The notes below the pieces were generated by a model that had not been told where the DNA came from, did no database searches, and saw only the letters and a list, made by a program, of their open reading frames with translations. From assembly GCF_009914755.1 (NCBI RefSeq), contig NC_060930.1: 64,000 nucleotides of DNA. One strand, given 5' to 3'. This document shows positions 35,514-50,149 of the stretch, in pieces. The stretch's first letter is position 1. Each line of letters opens with the position of its first letter. Both the position numbers and the translations under genes were made by a program. The stretch comes from the human T2T-CHM13v2.0 reference genome, Homo sapiens.

Positions 35514-38500
35514 AGAGGAATTTTTAAGGCCCACCCATGTAACAAGGCATTATGAAATAAACATGTCTCAATTGTTACACACTAGTTAGACAACAATGTT
35601 CATGTTTTAGGCTTAGAACATTAATCGGAAATAGTTTTCTTGTGACTAATGCCAAATCCACTGAGTCTAAAGTTTATTACATTTCCACTTGTCTAAAGAA
35701 TTTTTGAGACATGTGCCAAAATCTTTAGAACATTAGAGCTGAAAGATACCTTAGGTAAATTTCTCATCAATCTATTAAAGGATATTCAAGCCCCCAATTT
35801 CAGCCTCTGTATCCAAACTTCAATACTGCCCTATGTTCATATCATCACTGGAGAGGTCTGGCCTTTCCTTATGGCCTCTTTAATCTTAATTGCATCATCT
35901 CTGATGTTTTATTTGGCTTTGTTTGTTACTCCAGTTACTCCCACCTGTTTCCCTTCATGGTTTGGTTTGGCCCCTTCTCTGCCCTCCACTCCACATTGAT
36001 TTCAAGAGATCAACAAATGTTAGAGAACTGGGTTCAACTACTACCAAGAAAGAGCTTAACCCTGAAACCTAGCATCCTAGGCCTGCACCCAAAGGGAGAA
36101 GAGAAGCTCATTCTGAGCTATGAGATAATCGTAAGGTATCAAGTCTCAGGGCCTGGCAAAGGAGGGATAATGGAGGATATAGGCAAGATAATAATATGAC
36201 TGGGTATGTCGTTATCCAGGCTGCAAATAGAAGGAGGCTTTGAGCAAAAGCCTTAAAACAGTTTTATTTTAGAAGGGCAATTTTCTATCATCAATGCCAA
36301 GAGAAGGCTCAGCAGGGACCCTACTTTGTCCTGCTTTGAGCAAATGATACTGAGCTCCCTAATAGGAGTTGCAGGGTATGAAGCAACAGACTGCAGGGGC
36401 CTCCATTACTTTGAGGCCAACCACAGGGTAGAGCTCTTGTGGGAACAGCTACATAACATGCATGTCCAGCAGTGCCCCAGGGAACCAAGCCATCGAGAGC
36501 TACTATCACAGCCCAAGTGCTGCCTCTGCAGAAAGCAGTAGCCCAGATGCTATTGAGAACTGCTTACAAGAACTGCCACTTGGAAGCACCCTGAGAACTT
36601 GGCTTTACTTGGAAATCACCTAGGAGCATTTGAAAAATAGCTACTCCTGAGACCAGAACTTTTAATTCATTATATTTGTCAGAGGCTCATTAAGCCCTAT
36701 GTATATTTTAAACAAGTACTCTTGGTGATTCTTATGTCTGTATTCCTGGCTTAATGTTCAGCTATTTCCAGCCTTTTAAACCCTGTAGGAGAACAGGGCA
36801 CCAGTTATTTAGGGAAAGAATATTGGTCATTCTAACTACTTCCAACTGAAGAAAGAGACTAACTTTTTCTGTCAACAAATGTGATAGGTTTTGGTGGACT
36901 GAGTCTCTTGGCAGGTTTGAGTTGAGCAAATAAACTTCGAACTAAAACTAGGTTATTGATGGTCAAAGGGGTATCTGAGAGAAGAATCACAGTAATAATA
37001 TTGAGGAGGACGAACTTTCTAGATGGCACTGCTTTAGAGATCCTAGAATTAAAATTATAATATTTTTCTGTTGTATGAGACTTTTCCCTTTCTTTGACTC
37101 ACATTATTGCTTTTAATTTATTTGGATTGTCACTAGACTGCTAGCTAAATATTCGTGGTTACCATAGTGATTTTGCTTCCATTTCCTCATACAGAGGCCT
37201 TTAAGTTATTTACATATGATTTCCTTTCCTTCTTACCACCACCTTCTCACTCTCCTGGACTGCAGCTCAATGGAACTTAGATTCACTTTGATTCTGCTTT
37301 GAAACATGGCAGGCTTGTATAAAAATCCCTGGAGAAACCATCATTAAATCTTGAAGACACTTTTTTTTTTTTTTGTAAACTGTATGTAGAGCTTTGATAT
37401 TATTTTGATTTCCTATGTGACAGAATTTTATATATACAGACAGAATATTTTTCTTCCTCTTTTCATCATCTGACATTATGGTGGTCCTTAGAATTGCAAA
37501 TACAGGAGAAGGAAGACACAAACCCAAGACTGTATTAAAAAATGTTTCAGAAATTCTCCTTTGATATAACATTGTTAAGGTTATAACATGATTTTGCATG
37601 TGAGTTTGTATGGAAATGAGGGAATGGAAATGAAGACCTAGCCTTTCTCAATTACCCTTGCAATTGTTCCTTTAGGGAGAAACAGCGGAGTATTACTAAT
37701 TTGTATTGGTTTTCAATAGAAATTTAGGTAAATAATTATTTGGGGTTTCAGGCTTCCTTTCTCTAAAAATAATTCTTTTTAGACCAATGTGGGGCCAATC
37801 AGTACCTGGAGCAACAATATTAAAGTACCTCCTTACAGTGAGGTTTATATGGAGTCCTCTAAAAAATGAAATGTTTCAACTCTGGTTGGAATACACAGAG
37901 CAGCTGAAATATTTTGAAATGACACACACATAAAATACATAATTTATTTAAGGTAATTTATTGTTATATTTTAAAAATACATCTTTTTAATAAAATAAAG
38001 ATAAAATTAAGAGGATTATATTCCTCCTTTTTCTTTGTTGATCAGTTACTAGACTCCCTTACTCCTCCAAAAAAAAAAAAAAATATATATATATATACAA
38101 TGCCCAGAAAGTATCCACAAATCCCTGTTAAATTAATGCAGTATTGTTGAAAAACAAAGATGGCCAGAGAAACTGAATGAGAATGGAATCCTGAGGAGAA
38201 AACACCAATATTTAAGAGACCTGGTTCTCTCAGTGTTGTGGAACAGGATCCACTGATATGGAACAGAAGGGTAAGCTTCTGTTAAGCTAGGTAAGGAAGC
38301 TTAGGGTTGTGAAAGAAGGTACAAAGACACTGCACACTGACTTTTGGGGAATTACCTGGATTTGGCTTTCAGGTAGCTCTGCCAAGGATTAACAATAGGG
38401 TTCAGAAAGAAGAGTAAACCATCTAATATGTGCCCCAGCCAGTTTACGTGGTTATAATAACGATCAAATTAGATTTTTATGGCAAAACTCTCTTTAACCT

Positions 38501-38834
38501 CTACGATATGATAGTATTTCCAGCCTTTTTATTCTCAAGGTTCAGTAGCTAACATTGGCTTAAGCCCACTCCTAACTATGAAATGACTGAGCTGGCTCAG
38601 CCTGGAATGAGAGTGGGGAGCATGAGAGGGACACAGCCATACCACATGAGGCCATGGCTAGGGAAGGCAGAGGCTACTGAACAAGACTGAAGGAATAAGC
38701 AAAGCAAAAAACCACAAGCTTGCTGAAGTTGGAGGACCAGAAGGAATAGGTGAGGGTCTCAGTGCTAATGTAGGGTTAATCCAGGGCCAAGTAGACAAAA
38801 ATAATAATAAAACCACAACAATAATAATAATAAT

Positions 38835-39035
38835 AAATGATGGCTAGCATTTGTTGCACATTTATTTTATGGAGGGTGTTAATCTAAGAAATTTCCCATG
38901 TATAAATTCATATATACTAATACTTGTCGCATTTTACAGTTGAGAAACAGGTATTACAGAGAGGTCAAATAACTTTCCCAGGGTTCCACAGCTAGTAATT
39001 TTTGGAGCTGTGATTTGAATTCAGTGTATTCTCAG
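38835..39035 (-). mobile_element. MIR SINE
   Basis: cattttacagttgagaaacagg...agagaggtcaaataactttccc.gggttccacagctagt. Confidence 0.7.
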
Positions 39036-41739
39036 AGCACCAGAAAGGTACAAAGCTAAAAGTTTCCTTCTGTGTCTGGGGTTTCCTGGAAAATCTGCTC
39101 TGCCCTATAAGCTCAGGAGTCCCCCCTCCTAGCAGTTCCTGCTGAAGCTCTATGTGAGATTGCACAGACCTGAGTTTGAGCTGCTGCTTATTTTTTATTT
39201 TGGGGTTTTAGTATTTTCATGTTTTAGGTTAAAAAAATTCTTTACCTTTTAGCTTTGATGAATTACTTCATTTTTATATCTAATAGGTTTTTTTAACCTT
39301 CACTTTAATTGATTTCTTAACCTCTTTATCTTGCTCATTTTTTAATCTTTTTAATGATTTTAAAATGCTGATTTTAATAATTTTATCTTGGCATATTTAT
39401 ATTTATCAGTTTTTCTGCTTCAAGCTTTATTCTGGCAAATGATGTATATTTATATTTCTTTTGTGTTGTTTTTTAAATATTTTTTATTTTTGTTTCTGGA
39501 ATTTAATGTATGTCAGTTGTGCAATAGACTTGTTAGAATTTTGTTTGCTTTAATAATTTTTAAAGTGACTTTTTGCATTACTTTTGATCATTTTACTCTT
39601 AGCTTATTTTGAGCTTTTGATGTCTAAATATAACTTTGTTTGTCTAGTGTTTTAGTGTCTTTAGTCATTGCTTCTACATGGCAATAGGAAATATGACCAT
39701 AAAAACCTCAGTGAAAGTAACCCACATTTAGAGAAGGCTTGTATTCCTTAATCCCACCCCTCTACACACCCCACCCATTCAACCCATCTGTAGCCTCCCT
39801 TTCAGCTGTTCTTAAAAGACCTTCCCTTTTAAGGGAACTTACATTTTCCCTTCAATACTAAATCCCAAAAGCTAATAGCAATACAGAAGATCCACTGACC
39901 AACATTTCTTCCCAAGACAATAATAGTAACTTATATGCATAATTGTTAAAGCAATTTTAAGATTTTGTTTTGTTTTTTGCTATCCAAGTTCCTAAGACAT
40001 GTTATTCCTCTAAAAGTTTACTATATGAAATGATTGACTAATGGTTGAACAAATACTATAAACACATAAGGAAGGTGATATGGGTTTTACTCACAGAAGA
40101 TTCCTCAAAACGCATACCTGATTTGGTTTTAATAAGGATCACATTACAGGAGATCCAATAGAAGCTACTTAAAAAGTGTTTTAGAAAATGTTTTTAAATA
40201 TTAATTTGCATCCATTATAACATTACTATTTGAATTTAACTTCCTTCCAATATACCTGTAGAATGAGCTATTGAGTTTAACTTCTTTCCAGGCATGGTTA
40301 TGGAGCCTGCTAGTGTGTGGGTGTCCCGGGGCCACACCGTATTAAATAGGCTAGTGATAAAATGGATAGGACAAGATTTCTCATCAGGAACATTTTTAAA
40401 CACAGAATCTGTTGATTCTGTGTTGGGGGCAGAGGCTGGGAGAAATAGGGAGATATTAGTCAATGCATTACTTTTATAAGTGGGCAACAGAACCCATGTT
40501 GTGTGGTCAAAGTACTGCAGAACTTCTCAAGCATTGTACACGTTTCAGTTTTTGACTACGACTTTAATGGTCCACAAGAAAGGCCTCTAAGAATCTTTTT
40601 CGTGTCCATTTCTATAAGAGAGAACATAATGCTGTGTTAGACATAGTTGAGATCCATTATAATAATGTCACTACATTTTGAAATAAAATTCTGAAATGCC
40701 TTAATACATAAATCCTTTTATGAAGTCTTTAAAATTGGCTGCTAAAACCAATAAAATTATATTTTTGGAACATAGTTAACCACTTTGTGCACATAAGTGA
40801 GGCTGTAGAAACTAGGGTTTTAAATGACTTAAAAGATATATATTTCTCCAAACTATAGGTAATTATATCAATATTACTTTGACAGAGATATAGTAATTCT
40901 CCATCTTATAGTAAAATTTATGAAAACATTAAGTAAACCAACAGGTAAATACATTTTTGGTCAAACAAAACTTTAAAAATTATGTTTTTCTTTTATTTGG
41001 CTCAAGCTAATTCTTTCTGTTATTTTTATTATTAATTGACTACTCAGGTAAAATTCTATCTGAATTGAATTGACATCATTGATCCCATTGTCAGAAAAGA
41101 CAGCCCTCTATCCCATTCAATTTATTAAACTGCTAATCTTCTGGACTTTTCTTCAAAGCTTGTCAGTTTTGATCCAAAAAAACTTCAGATTTCATTGTGT
41201 GGACCTGTTACTTCTTGTGTGAAAAACAGTATGGTTTCATGGAATCCACTCTTGGCCATTGTTAATATTGTACAGATAGGCACACAAGCATTTAAATATG
41301 CTAGCACCTTATTGCAAAAAAAAAAAAGTTCTACTTATATTCATTGCAATTTATTATAGAAAATGTTTTCTGAACTGAAAATTATAAACTGTTGTCAATA
41401 ATTCAGGTCCCAATTCTGAAGTGTATTGAGATTACCAAACTGTGAAGCAGGAACAATATTTATTCTCTACATAAAGAAAGAAAAGAACTATTAAATGAAC
41501 TTGATATTATAAGAAGCACTTCAGGTTGTCAAAACTCATATTATGACATCTATAATCTGGCCTAAAATCACAAGCAAACATTCCATGATGGAATGGCAGA
41601 TCATGCTAGATTTGCTGGTTATTATCAGTTTTATTTTACGTTACCTAAGTAGAGTTTAAGCCTTTCAGTTAAAATATGACTCCCAAGCAAAAGGAAGAGG
41701 ATTAATGGATTAACTATTGTTTGTGTTATCAATAATATT

Positions 41740-41975
41740 GGCAATAACTATTTGTCTATGGTGCTGTGTCAGTTACAAGGCACTCTGCCATGCATTCTTC
41801 CATCTGATCCTCACCAAAGCCTTGGAGATGCTTCAAGCCAAAATTGTTATTATTCTCATTTTACAGATGGAGGTGAAGGAACTGATTTGAGGTCACACTG
41901 TGGTAAATGTTCAACACTAATCTCTGGTCCAGGTCCAGTCCAGATCTTCTGATGGCAAACCTTATAATCATTCCA
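41740..41975 (-). mobile_element. MIR SINE
   Basis: catctgatcctcacc...tattctcattttacagatgg...aggtcacactgtggtaaatg. Confidence 0.7.
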
Positions 41976-44900
41976 CTTCATAAATGGAACACTTAGGTCC
42001 AATCAGTCATTTTCTAAATGTGTATTTACTGTTGGTCACAAGAGTTTGTGTGACACTGTGTGGATAATTAAATGCCATCCACCATCTCTACTCGGAAAAA
42101 CCCAAGGGTGTGTCAGTTAATCAGTCTTAACAGGAAAGATAATGTACTATTATCATTATGGCAAAAGTACACTTGAAAATACAACAAAGGATATTGAAGC
42201 TATTAAAATAAGCTTCTTATCCTTAGGGAAACTATTTCAACACTAGAGCTATCATCAAAAGTCCTTGAGACAAGTAACCCAGGAGTGGAATGGTTATGAT
42301 TACACTTTATAAGCAAACTTAAAAAGATATCAGGAGCTGCTTTACTAGGCCCCTGCTATGAAGTGAAAACTGGAGAAAAATCTACAGCAAAGCATTCTAG
42401 CCTGAGGATGTGTACTATTTTGCAACACAGCAGACTGACTACAGCCAAATATTTTCATTGGAAAAATGTAAATGAAAAATGTTGCTCAATTCTGCTACCT
42501 GGGTAGTACATAAGACATGTAATTTAAATTCTAATCAGGGATAACAAAAATCCTATGATACTTATTTTGCAAAGGAAAATGGCAGTCCTGGCAAGGTTAT
42601 AAGTTAGAAAATTATATTTTCTTTGTGTAAATTTGTTCTTTAGCTTCATTCAGTAATCAGAATTATTTATTTCCTTATTCAAATTGTAAGTGCCTTCTAA
42701 ACCCGAGCCTACTACTATTATGTTGAGCCATGGGAAATTGCCAATATTTGACTATTTTAGTCCATTAAAATGCAGTTTCATATGGTTTAAACTAATATGT
42801 GCCAAAGCATGAATAGAAATACTTGCAGGAATACTGTCCTAAGTATAACCTCAGATGCACACAGTATTTTAGCAAAAGTATCAATGGGAAATCAGGCAAG
42901 TCCTTTCACTGAAACAATTTATAAGTATAATAATTTATTTTGTGAAGGCCTTTTCTTTACCAAATTAGTAATATGGTGAATATTAAACTAAACCTGAGTC
43001 ATACTACATTTGTTTTTAAATTTTGTAGGGAAGGGGGAAATAGCAAATAATATTTTATGCTAGTAATCAGGCATTATATCAGTTGTTGTAAGGAACTACA
43101 TGAAAGTTGGTGGTATACAGGTTACCAGTAGTAAGTTTGGGAACTGTGTTGTTTTGGCTCACAGAATATAAAGCGTGTATGTATATACCTGTGTTTCCAC
43201 ATAGACACACTCTGTTACCCTTATATGTATTGTATAATCACATGTGTAGATGTTCATTGTATCTGGAGTGACAGTTGACACCTTTTAGGGGCATTTTACA
43301 TGTTTTAAAACCTGACATCCACTTACAGCACTTATCTACTACTCTCTTCAGGATAAACTACCTTTATTGCAAGACTTTTGCTAAAAATTCTTAGATTATG
43401 TCAAGGGAAAAAAATCCTCTATTGCTTTTTAAAGAAAAAATTATCAGAATGATTTAATTTTGTGTTATTTTTTATCTCCACATTAGTTTGTTATTTCAGT
43501 GGTTATTTCAGTTAAAGACATTTTTCTCTTCCATTATTTCAATTTGTTACATTGTATCCATTTATCTCATAGAAAGATAAACTTTTGTGTTGAATTAGCT
43601 GTGGAAGACCAGCTCACACATTAATCACTACTAAGCAAATGCGTTACAAAAAAGAGAGGACAACAAAAATGAGCTGGAATACAGTTTCAGTTCAACCACC
43701 AAACGATTTGATATCATGAATAAATTTCTTGGGTATATGTAGCCAGTAAGTAGACCTCAACATTTAGCTATTTTTTTCAATAAATAAATATTGAGCACTG
43801 TCTTTATGGCAAACACTGTCTTAGGTGCAGGGGATAATGGACATTATGCTTTTGGGGGATTAGATAAGAGAGGAAATAAGTCAGAGAAAAGATCTCTAGC
43901 ACAGAAAAGTCTGGTTACAAGATTACAGAGAGAGAGAGAAAAAAAAAACTGTAGTGACTTGTCTAGGGAACTGTGTGGTTGCCACATAGAAAATGTGGAA
44001 GGGAGTGATGGGAGACAGGCTATGTTCCTAGCAATTGCCTTGACTCACCATAATTATTTCACCTACTGAATAACTGAATAAATTGAGTAGAGAGGCTGCT
44101 TGTACCAAACTGTAAAACAGTTTCAGGATGAGAAAATTACATTTTAAACATACACTTAGGGAAAACAAAAACAAAAACAAAACACCTGCCTTGCAGAAAC
44201 ATGTCATAGAAACAGATTTTAGGCAGAATTATTTCCCTGTACAACAATTGTGATTAAGTAAATGTTAAAATAAAAAGAAGGATGTTTAGCAGCATAAGGA
44301 ATAGAAACATTTGGAGTTTTAGCTTTAGCTTATACAATGCATCCTGTTTTATAATTGTTTTCCAACAATGTTTACATAATGTGAGGGTCACTCTTTAACA
44401 TGAGGGGCTCTGTCACTAGAATTGCAGTGTGTTAGCCCCTCATTTTCTCCAGTGTTTTTGTAAATCTTTCCATTGACAATCTTTTAATAATTTCCAAAAC
44501 AATCGGGGGTAATGTTCGAATTCTAAGTTCTTGTCATAAATGAATCAATCCAGTTGGCAGGAGATGGATGTAGTCTTTTTGCTGGTGTTCCGTGCTAAGA
44601 AAAGCACACACATTTTTCTTGAGAGTATGGCTAGCCGAAAAGCATCTGAGAATTGATGGAATCCTAAGGCAGACAGAAACGCCAAAAGTCAAGTAACTGG
44701 TTTTGTCTCCAGCACTTACAGTTTGTTGTCTGGGTGCCATGACATACCCTCTACTAGTTAATTCCATTAAGCAACATGGGCCATTTAAATATAGGCAAAA
44801 CAACAACAAAACAAAGCAAACAAGTAAAAACTCTGTGACCACAGAAAGAGCCTGTAACATAGACAGAAGACTACAAATAGTGTTCTTAGAAGATAAATCA

Positions 44901-46879
44901 TTAAGACAGTAGCAAAATGAGAAGGAATAGTGTCCTGGGCAACATAAAGTGTGTGTACCCTTCTACCTGCACAAACACTCAACTGAAATTTGCCAAGGCT
45001 CACTAGTGTCTTTGAGGCACCCTAGAGAGGGGAGGCTAGAAATAACCATCATCCTCAGCTGTTCCATGGTAAGGCCCTACACTAGGACTCAGAGGAGAGA
45101 TAGTTTGGAACATTTTATCCCTATCAGTGGAAAATAGCACAGTTGGTGCCTAACTTCCTTTCGTTGAAAATAACACAGGTAATTTTTTAGCCAAATGAGA
45201 TTTTTATCAAAAAAGCAAGCAAAGGCAGAATGTGAAAAGGAGCTGATATCAGTAATTCCAAGGATACTAAAATTTGTTTTAAATAATAAAGAAATAGCAT
45301 CTTCAGGCCCTTTAGACTTTGGACTCCAAAATTGGATGCAGATCAAATAGGATATTTATATATTAAAAAATCCCAAGAGAACTTGTACAGCATAAGGTAA
45401 ATACAAATCAAGGTTGAACAGGTATAAAATAATTAGGTCAAGAGCAATCAGCAAAATATATGCAGAACCAAACAATACTTTGATATTCTGGTCTGGAAAG
45501 AGAATTTGGGGTTATTCTGAAAAATACTGTCACTACAACTCTGTCCAGAACCCACAGCTGCAGAAATGAGTAAACAAGTCATCTTATTAGAAGACTGCAA
45601 GGTTAAAGAACAGCTAAAGATTCAAAACTAAATGACATTCTTGTTAGTTCCCATTGATACGATTATAACTCACACAATTCCCTAAAGGAAAACTACAAAA
45701 AGGATGTTTCTTGAGATAGGAATACAAATAAACTTTTGCTTGTTTGTTTGTTTTGTTTTAAATCCAGTGATAAGAATGAATGTTTTCTGTATTTGCTTTT
45801 TTTAAAAAAACTCTATATTTTATGTGCAGACATTTAACATAAAATCTTTTCCCAATGTCTTTCTTAGATGATTAGGTAGTTGAAAGACGCTACTGTTTAC
45901 GAGGCATTGCTAAAAGCTTTTGGGTTCCATGAGGGAGAGGGCCATGACATACTCCTTTGTACATTTCCCCACTCCTCCGTTTACATCACATAAACATATA
46001 TGTATGGTCTTCCATGCAGTCAGCCAAATCAGACAAATCATGCCTAGGAGTTGAAAGTGGGAACTGATTTGTCTAGTTTGAATATTCTGATTAGTGAACT
46101 AGCTAGCTTAGAATTTTGTGGTATTTGCATATGTCATTCATTTATGTACTACAGCTACACCTAAATCCCAGAAAAATCGGTAACAAAATAACCTATTATT
46201 CTAGATTTAAATTTTAAAATCCACATAAGAATATTAATAACACAAATTATTTGTATGACAATGACTTCTATTTTTTTCATTTCACCCTCAGAGATCTATA
46301 TACTTCCTCTATCCAAAAACAACACAGAAGCAAAATGTTACAGAGACACCAGAATGTTGCCCAGAAAACCATGCATTAATTACTCAAGCCAGGAAATTCC
46401 CAATTTTGCAACTCTATTTTATCATTTAAGAGAGATCTTTCCACATGTGTGTTCTAAAAAAGAACAGAGAAATAACCAGTCCTCTGTAACTTAGCAAAAA
46501 TACAAATTGGTGTTTCCACTTTGATTTCTCTTTTTGAAATAAATTTTCAGCTTGACTTTCTTTTGCCTCGGGTATTCTGGATTATCATTTTGTAGCATCT
46601 GGATAATTTTACATTAACATCTGGAGTTGAGGGTCTTTTTATTTGTCGGATGCATATAGAATACTTCTGTAAGAAATGTATTTTCCCAGCTGCTGTTTAT
46701 TCATTTTAAAGAGACATGGTTAAGTAAGTCTAACAGCCTCCTTAGGAAATTCAATTCCTAAATTCCTTAGGAAACACAAACCATGTTTAATCTGAAGTCC
46801 TGCCAGTCTGTTTTCTCTCCTACCAGCTTTTCCCATGGCAGAAATGGTTGAGATCTGTACAGAAGGAGGACTTTAGTCT

Positions 46880-47120
46880 GGTAACAGGTGGTGTTGCTGA
46901 GTGCAAGGGCCTTTGAAATCAGGCCTGGTTTGGAATCTTGGTCCAGCAATCAATAGCTGTGTAATCTTAGGTAACTCTTTGAAGTTTAGTTTCCGCATCT
47001 AAGAATGAGGAAGTATAAATACATATCTGCCCACGTTGGTTGTATTAAATGAGATACTTTACATAACACATCCGACTAAGGTGCAGATGTAATAAATGAC
47101 AGCTGTTATTATCATTTATT
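46880..47120 (+). mobile_element. MIR SINE
   Basis: gctttgaaatcaggcctggtttggaatc...tagctgtgtaatcttagg...ttaaatgagata...aataaatgacagctgttattat. Confidence 0.72.
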
Positions 47121-48884
47121 TCAGCACGTTGCAGAAAGCAACTTACAATTTCTTCTTTTCCTGACCTCCTAGGGCTTTTATGCATGCAATTAGCAATTTG
47201 GGATTTGCACAAGGTTTTTCCAGAGTACAAGATTTTTGAGAGCTGTGACTGAATCTTATTCTTTAGAAACTTGCTCTTTGAGTGGAGGAAAAGGAAGAAA
47301 CTAAGTTGACTAATGACATTATAAAAGCAGGTAGAGAATCATTTCTTTCTGAGCTTCTGTAGCACAGGCTATGAAGTGTGCTAGTAAAGTAAATACAATT
47401 TTAAGCAAAGTTTCAGAAATCACCATAATAAAATAAAGTCTGTAAGTCCCAGCTATTAAACTGGCAGGGACCTACATTCATTAAATTAAATGCAATGTGC
47501 AATGTTGTTCGAAAGTTGTTCAAAATGTTTTTAGAATTTTTCTTGGAGTTGATTGCTTTTATAATGATGACTTCACGTCTTGACTCTCAGTGATTTTGTT
47601 TGTCTCCTTAGCCCCAAAATTATTCACCTTAAAAGATGAAATTTGGTAATATTAAGACAGTCAAAGGAATGTCCTGAAGTTCTGATCACAGCTATGAATA
47701 GTTCTAAAATCTTCTAAATATTTTTGGGATATGTATAGAACCAAGATGATTTGTGTGAAGGGTTTTTCCATTCACTTAGTTGTATTATATTTTAATATAA
47801 TTGTTTAAAAAAGATTCATGTTATAGTCACAGATTAAAAGGCAGTTTTTAAAGGAGATGAATTAACAGTTTCAGAGAAACAATTTTAATAACATGCATTT
47901 TATACATTTATTTATTCTGAAAACAGTAATTTTCAATATACTATTTTCTTATAACCACTTTAAAGAAATTAAGGACTTGCAGGTTGTCTGGTTTTTTACT
48001 ATTTTTCTTATCCATAGCAAGGTTGGTGCTCAATAATACTAGATGAGCAACTGAATGAAGAGATGACAAAAATAAATGAATTTATTACCACTGCATGTTA
48101 AAGAAGTGTACTTTTTTATGCTTGTCTTTGAGAAAAGTGTCAAGGTGGCATACATGACAAAACACAACTTTAAAATGACAACAAAAAATTAAAATTTCAC
48201 TGAACAAAATAAAATAAAAGAAAAATGCATACTAGCTGCTCATCTGGGATGAGTTAGTTATTGCAATTCAACTTGTAATTTAATGCAGAATTTTCAGACA
48301 ATTAGGGCCAAAAAAGAAAATGTTAAATTAGCTAGTGTCTGACAAAGAAGAAAGCTTTCAAACTTTCAAGACGAACATTTTATTAGCAATGAATTCTCAG
48401 AGCAAATTTAATGCAGTCCTTATGTAAGGATGTCAGATAGAAAAAAGTAAAAGGATTTCAAGCATCACTAGTGCAAAGGACAATATTACTTGCTTATTTC
48501 TGCAGTGTAACAAAGATGAAGATATTCTCTTAAATTTTTTACTCAATGATGATTCATGTGTCTCTGAGAAACTAAGATAATATGATTTAATTCTGTGCTT
48601 TTGGGATAGTCTAACTTAATTCATGAAGGAGTACAGGGGATGGGCGCTTTGTGTGTCCACTTTGTTTGTCACTCTCAAATGTCAGATGTGCAGGCAAATT
48701 CTCAGAGTTAAATTACTTGACAGGAACTTAAGCATCCGTATTTGTTGCCAGGTAGTCTTCTGTGTGGTTAAAGTACAGAATGTACTCCTACAAAAGCAGA
48801 GAGGCGGCCCGTTGCCACACAAAAGTGTTTTTTCAGATGGCTTATGGTTAGAACCAATATATTTTTCTAGCATACAGTTTGAGT

Positions 48885-49125
48885 GATAATAGCTCACATT
48901 CCCCGATCACATGCCTTGTGCCAAGTACCATTCTAAATGCCTTGCATCTTGTAACTCATTAAACCTTTACAGTAACCTCATGCAATGTACACTCTTGTTG
49001 TTCCCATTTTGCAAATAAGAAAACTGATGGGCAATATTACCTTGCCCAAGTTTATACAGCTGGTAAGTGGCAGAGTCAGGATTTGAACCCAGGCTGATGG
49101 TATAGTCTGCGTGCTCAGCCACAAT
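48885..49125 (-). mobile_element. MIR SINE
   Basis: cccattttgcaaataagaaaactga...ccttgcccaagtttatacagctggtaagtggcagagtcaggatttgaacccagg. Confidence 0.85.
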
Positions 49126-50149
49126 CATGAACTTACCCTCAAACTGCCTGTGTTTGCATAATCATGTGGATACTACAGGATAGATTCTTTAGACTCATCT
49201 TATGTAGGAGGAATAGTGACATGAACCATCATAAGAGGAGCATTAACTAAACTTTGCTTGTCTTACCCATGAAAGAACATCAGTGTGACTCCCTGCCAAA
49301 TATCTGATAATGAAAAGAAATGCATTGTGATCAGCAAGATAAAATGAAGAAAATAAAAATGTACACTGAAATAGCTGAACGAATGAATTAACAACCTATT
49401 TTATAGCATTGTGCTGGAGAAGAATGCTCATCTTACAGAGGTGATTGTGTCTAATAAAAACTGCACTGGATTTGAAGTAAAAAATAAAAAACAAAAACTG
49501 GATCTAATTTCCAATTCTATCACTCGTAGTCTCTGTAACCTCCTAGTCTCTTTCACTGGGATCTTAGATGTGCCTTCTTAGAAGCTAAATTTTCTTATCT
49601 GTGAGTTGGTTTACGATTCCTTCTTCCTCTATCCACTCACTTTATTGTGATATCAAAATAAGATAGCATATGTGCATATCCTTGGAGATTTTAAAGCTAT
49701 CTGAAAATGTGCCATATTTAAACATACTGTACATAGTTAAAAGACATGCATCTGATTAATGTAAAAACTATACCAATTTATTGTAGTCCACTTGGAAAGA
49801 CAAGTAGCTTACTTAAAGATCTATTTTGTTGCATTTAAAGTTGGAAATGAACCTGATATAAATCTCTTCCCAACTACTGTGATCCTGTCTTTAATACAAC
49901 TTTAATAGACTGGAACATATGCCAAGAGTATACAGTCAGAATCTCTCTAAGAATCAAAGACTGATGAGAAACCTCTGAAAGCTGTGAAAAGTGTGTTATT
50001 GTTTTTAATTGCTTCCCTAAAGAATGAGAGAAGGCGAAGCTGGGACCCTAGTGGTATTGATGGGCTGTTGCTCCTTATCCATGATGTGTAAGAGTGAGGA
50101 ACTAAGTCTGAAAACTTTTTAAGGGGAAAATAGCAGTATAGCATACTGA

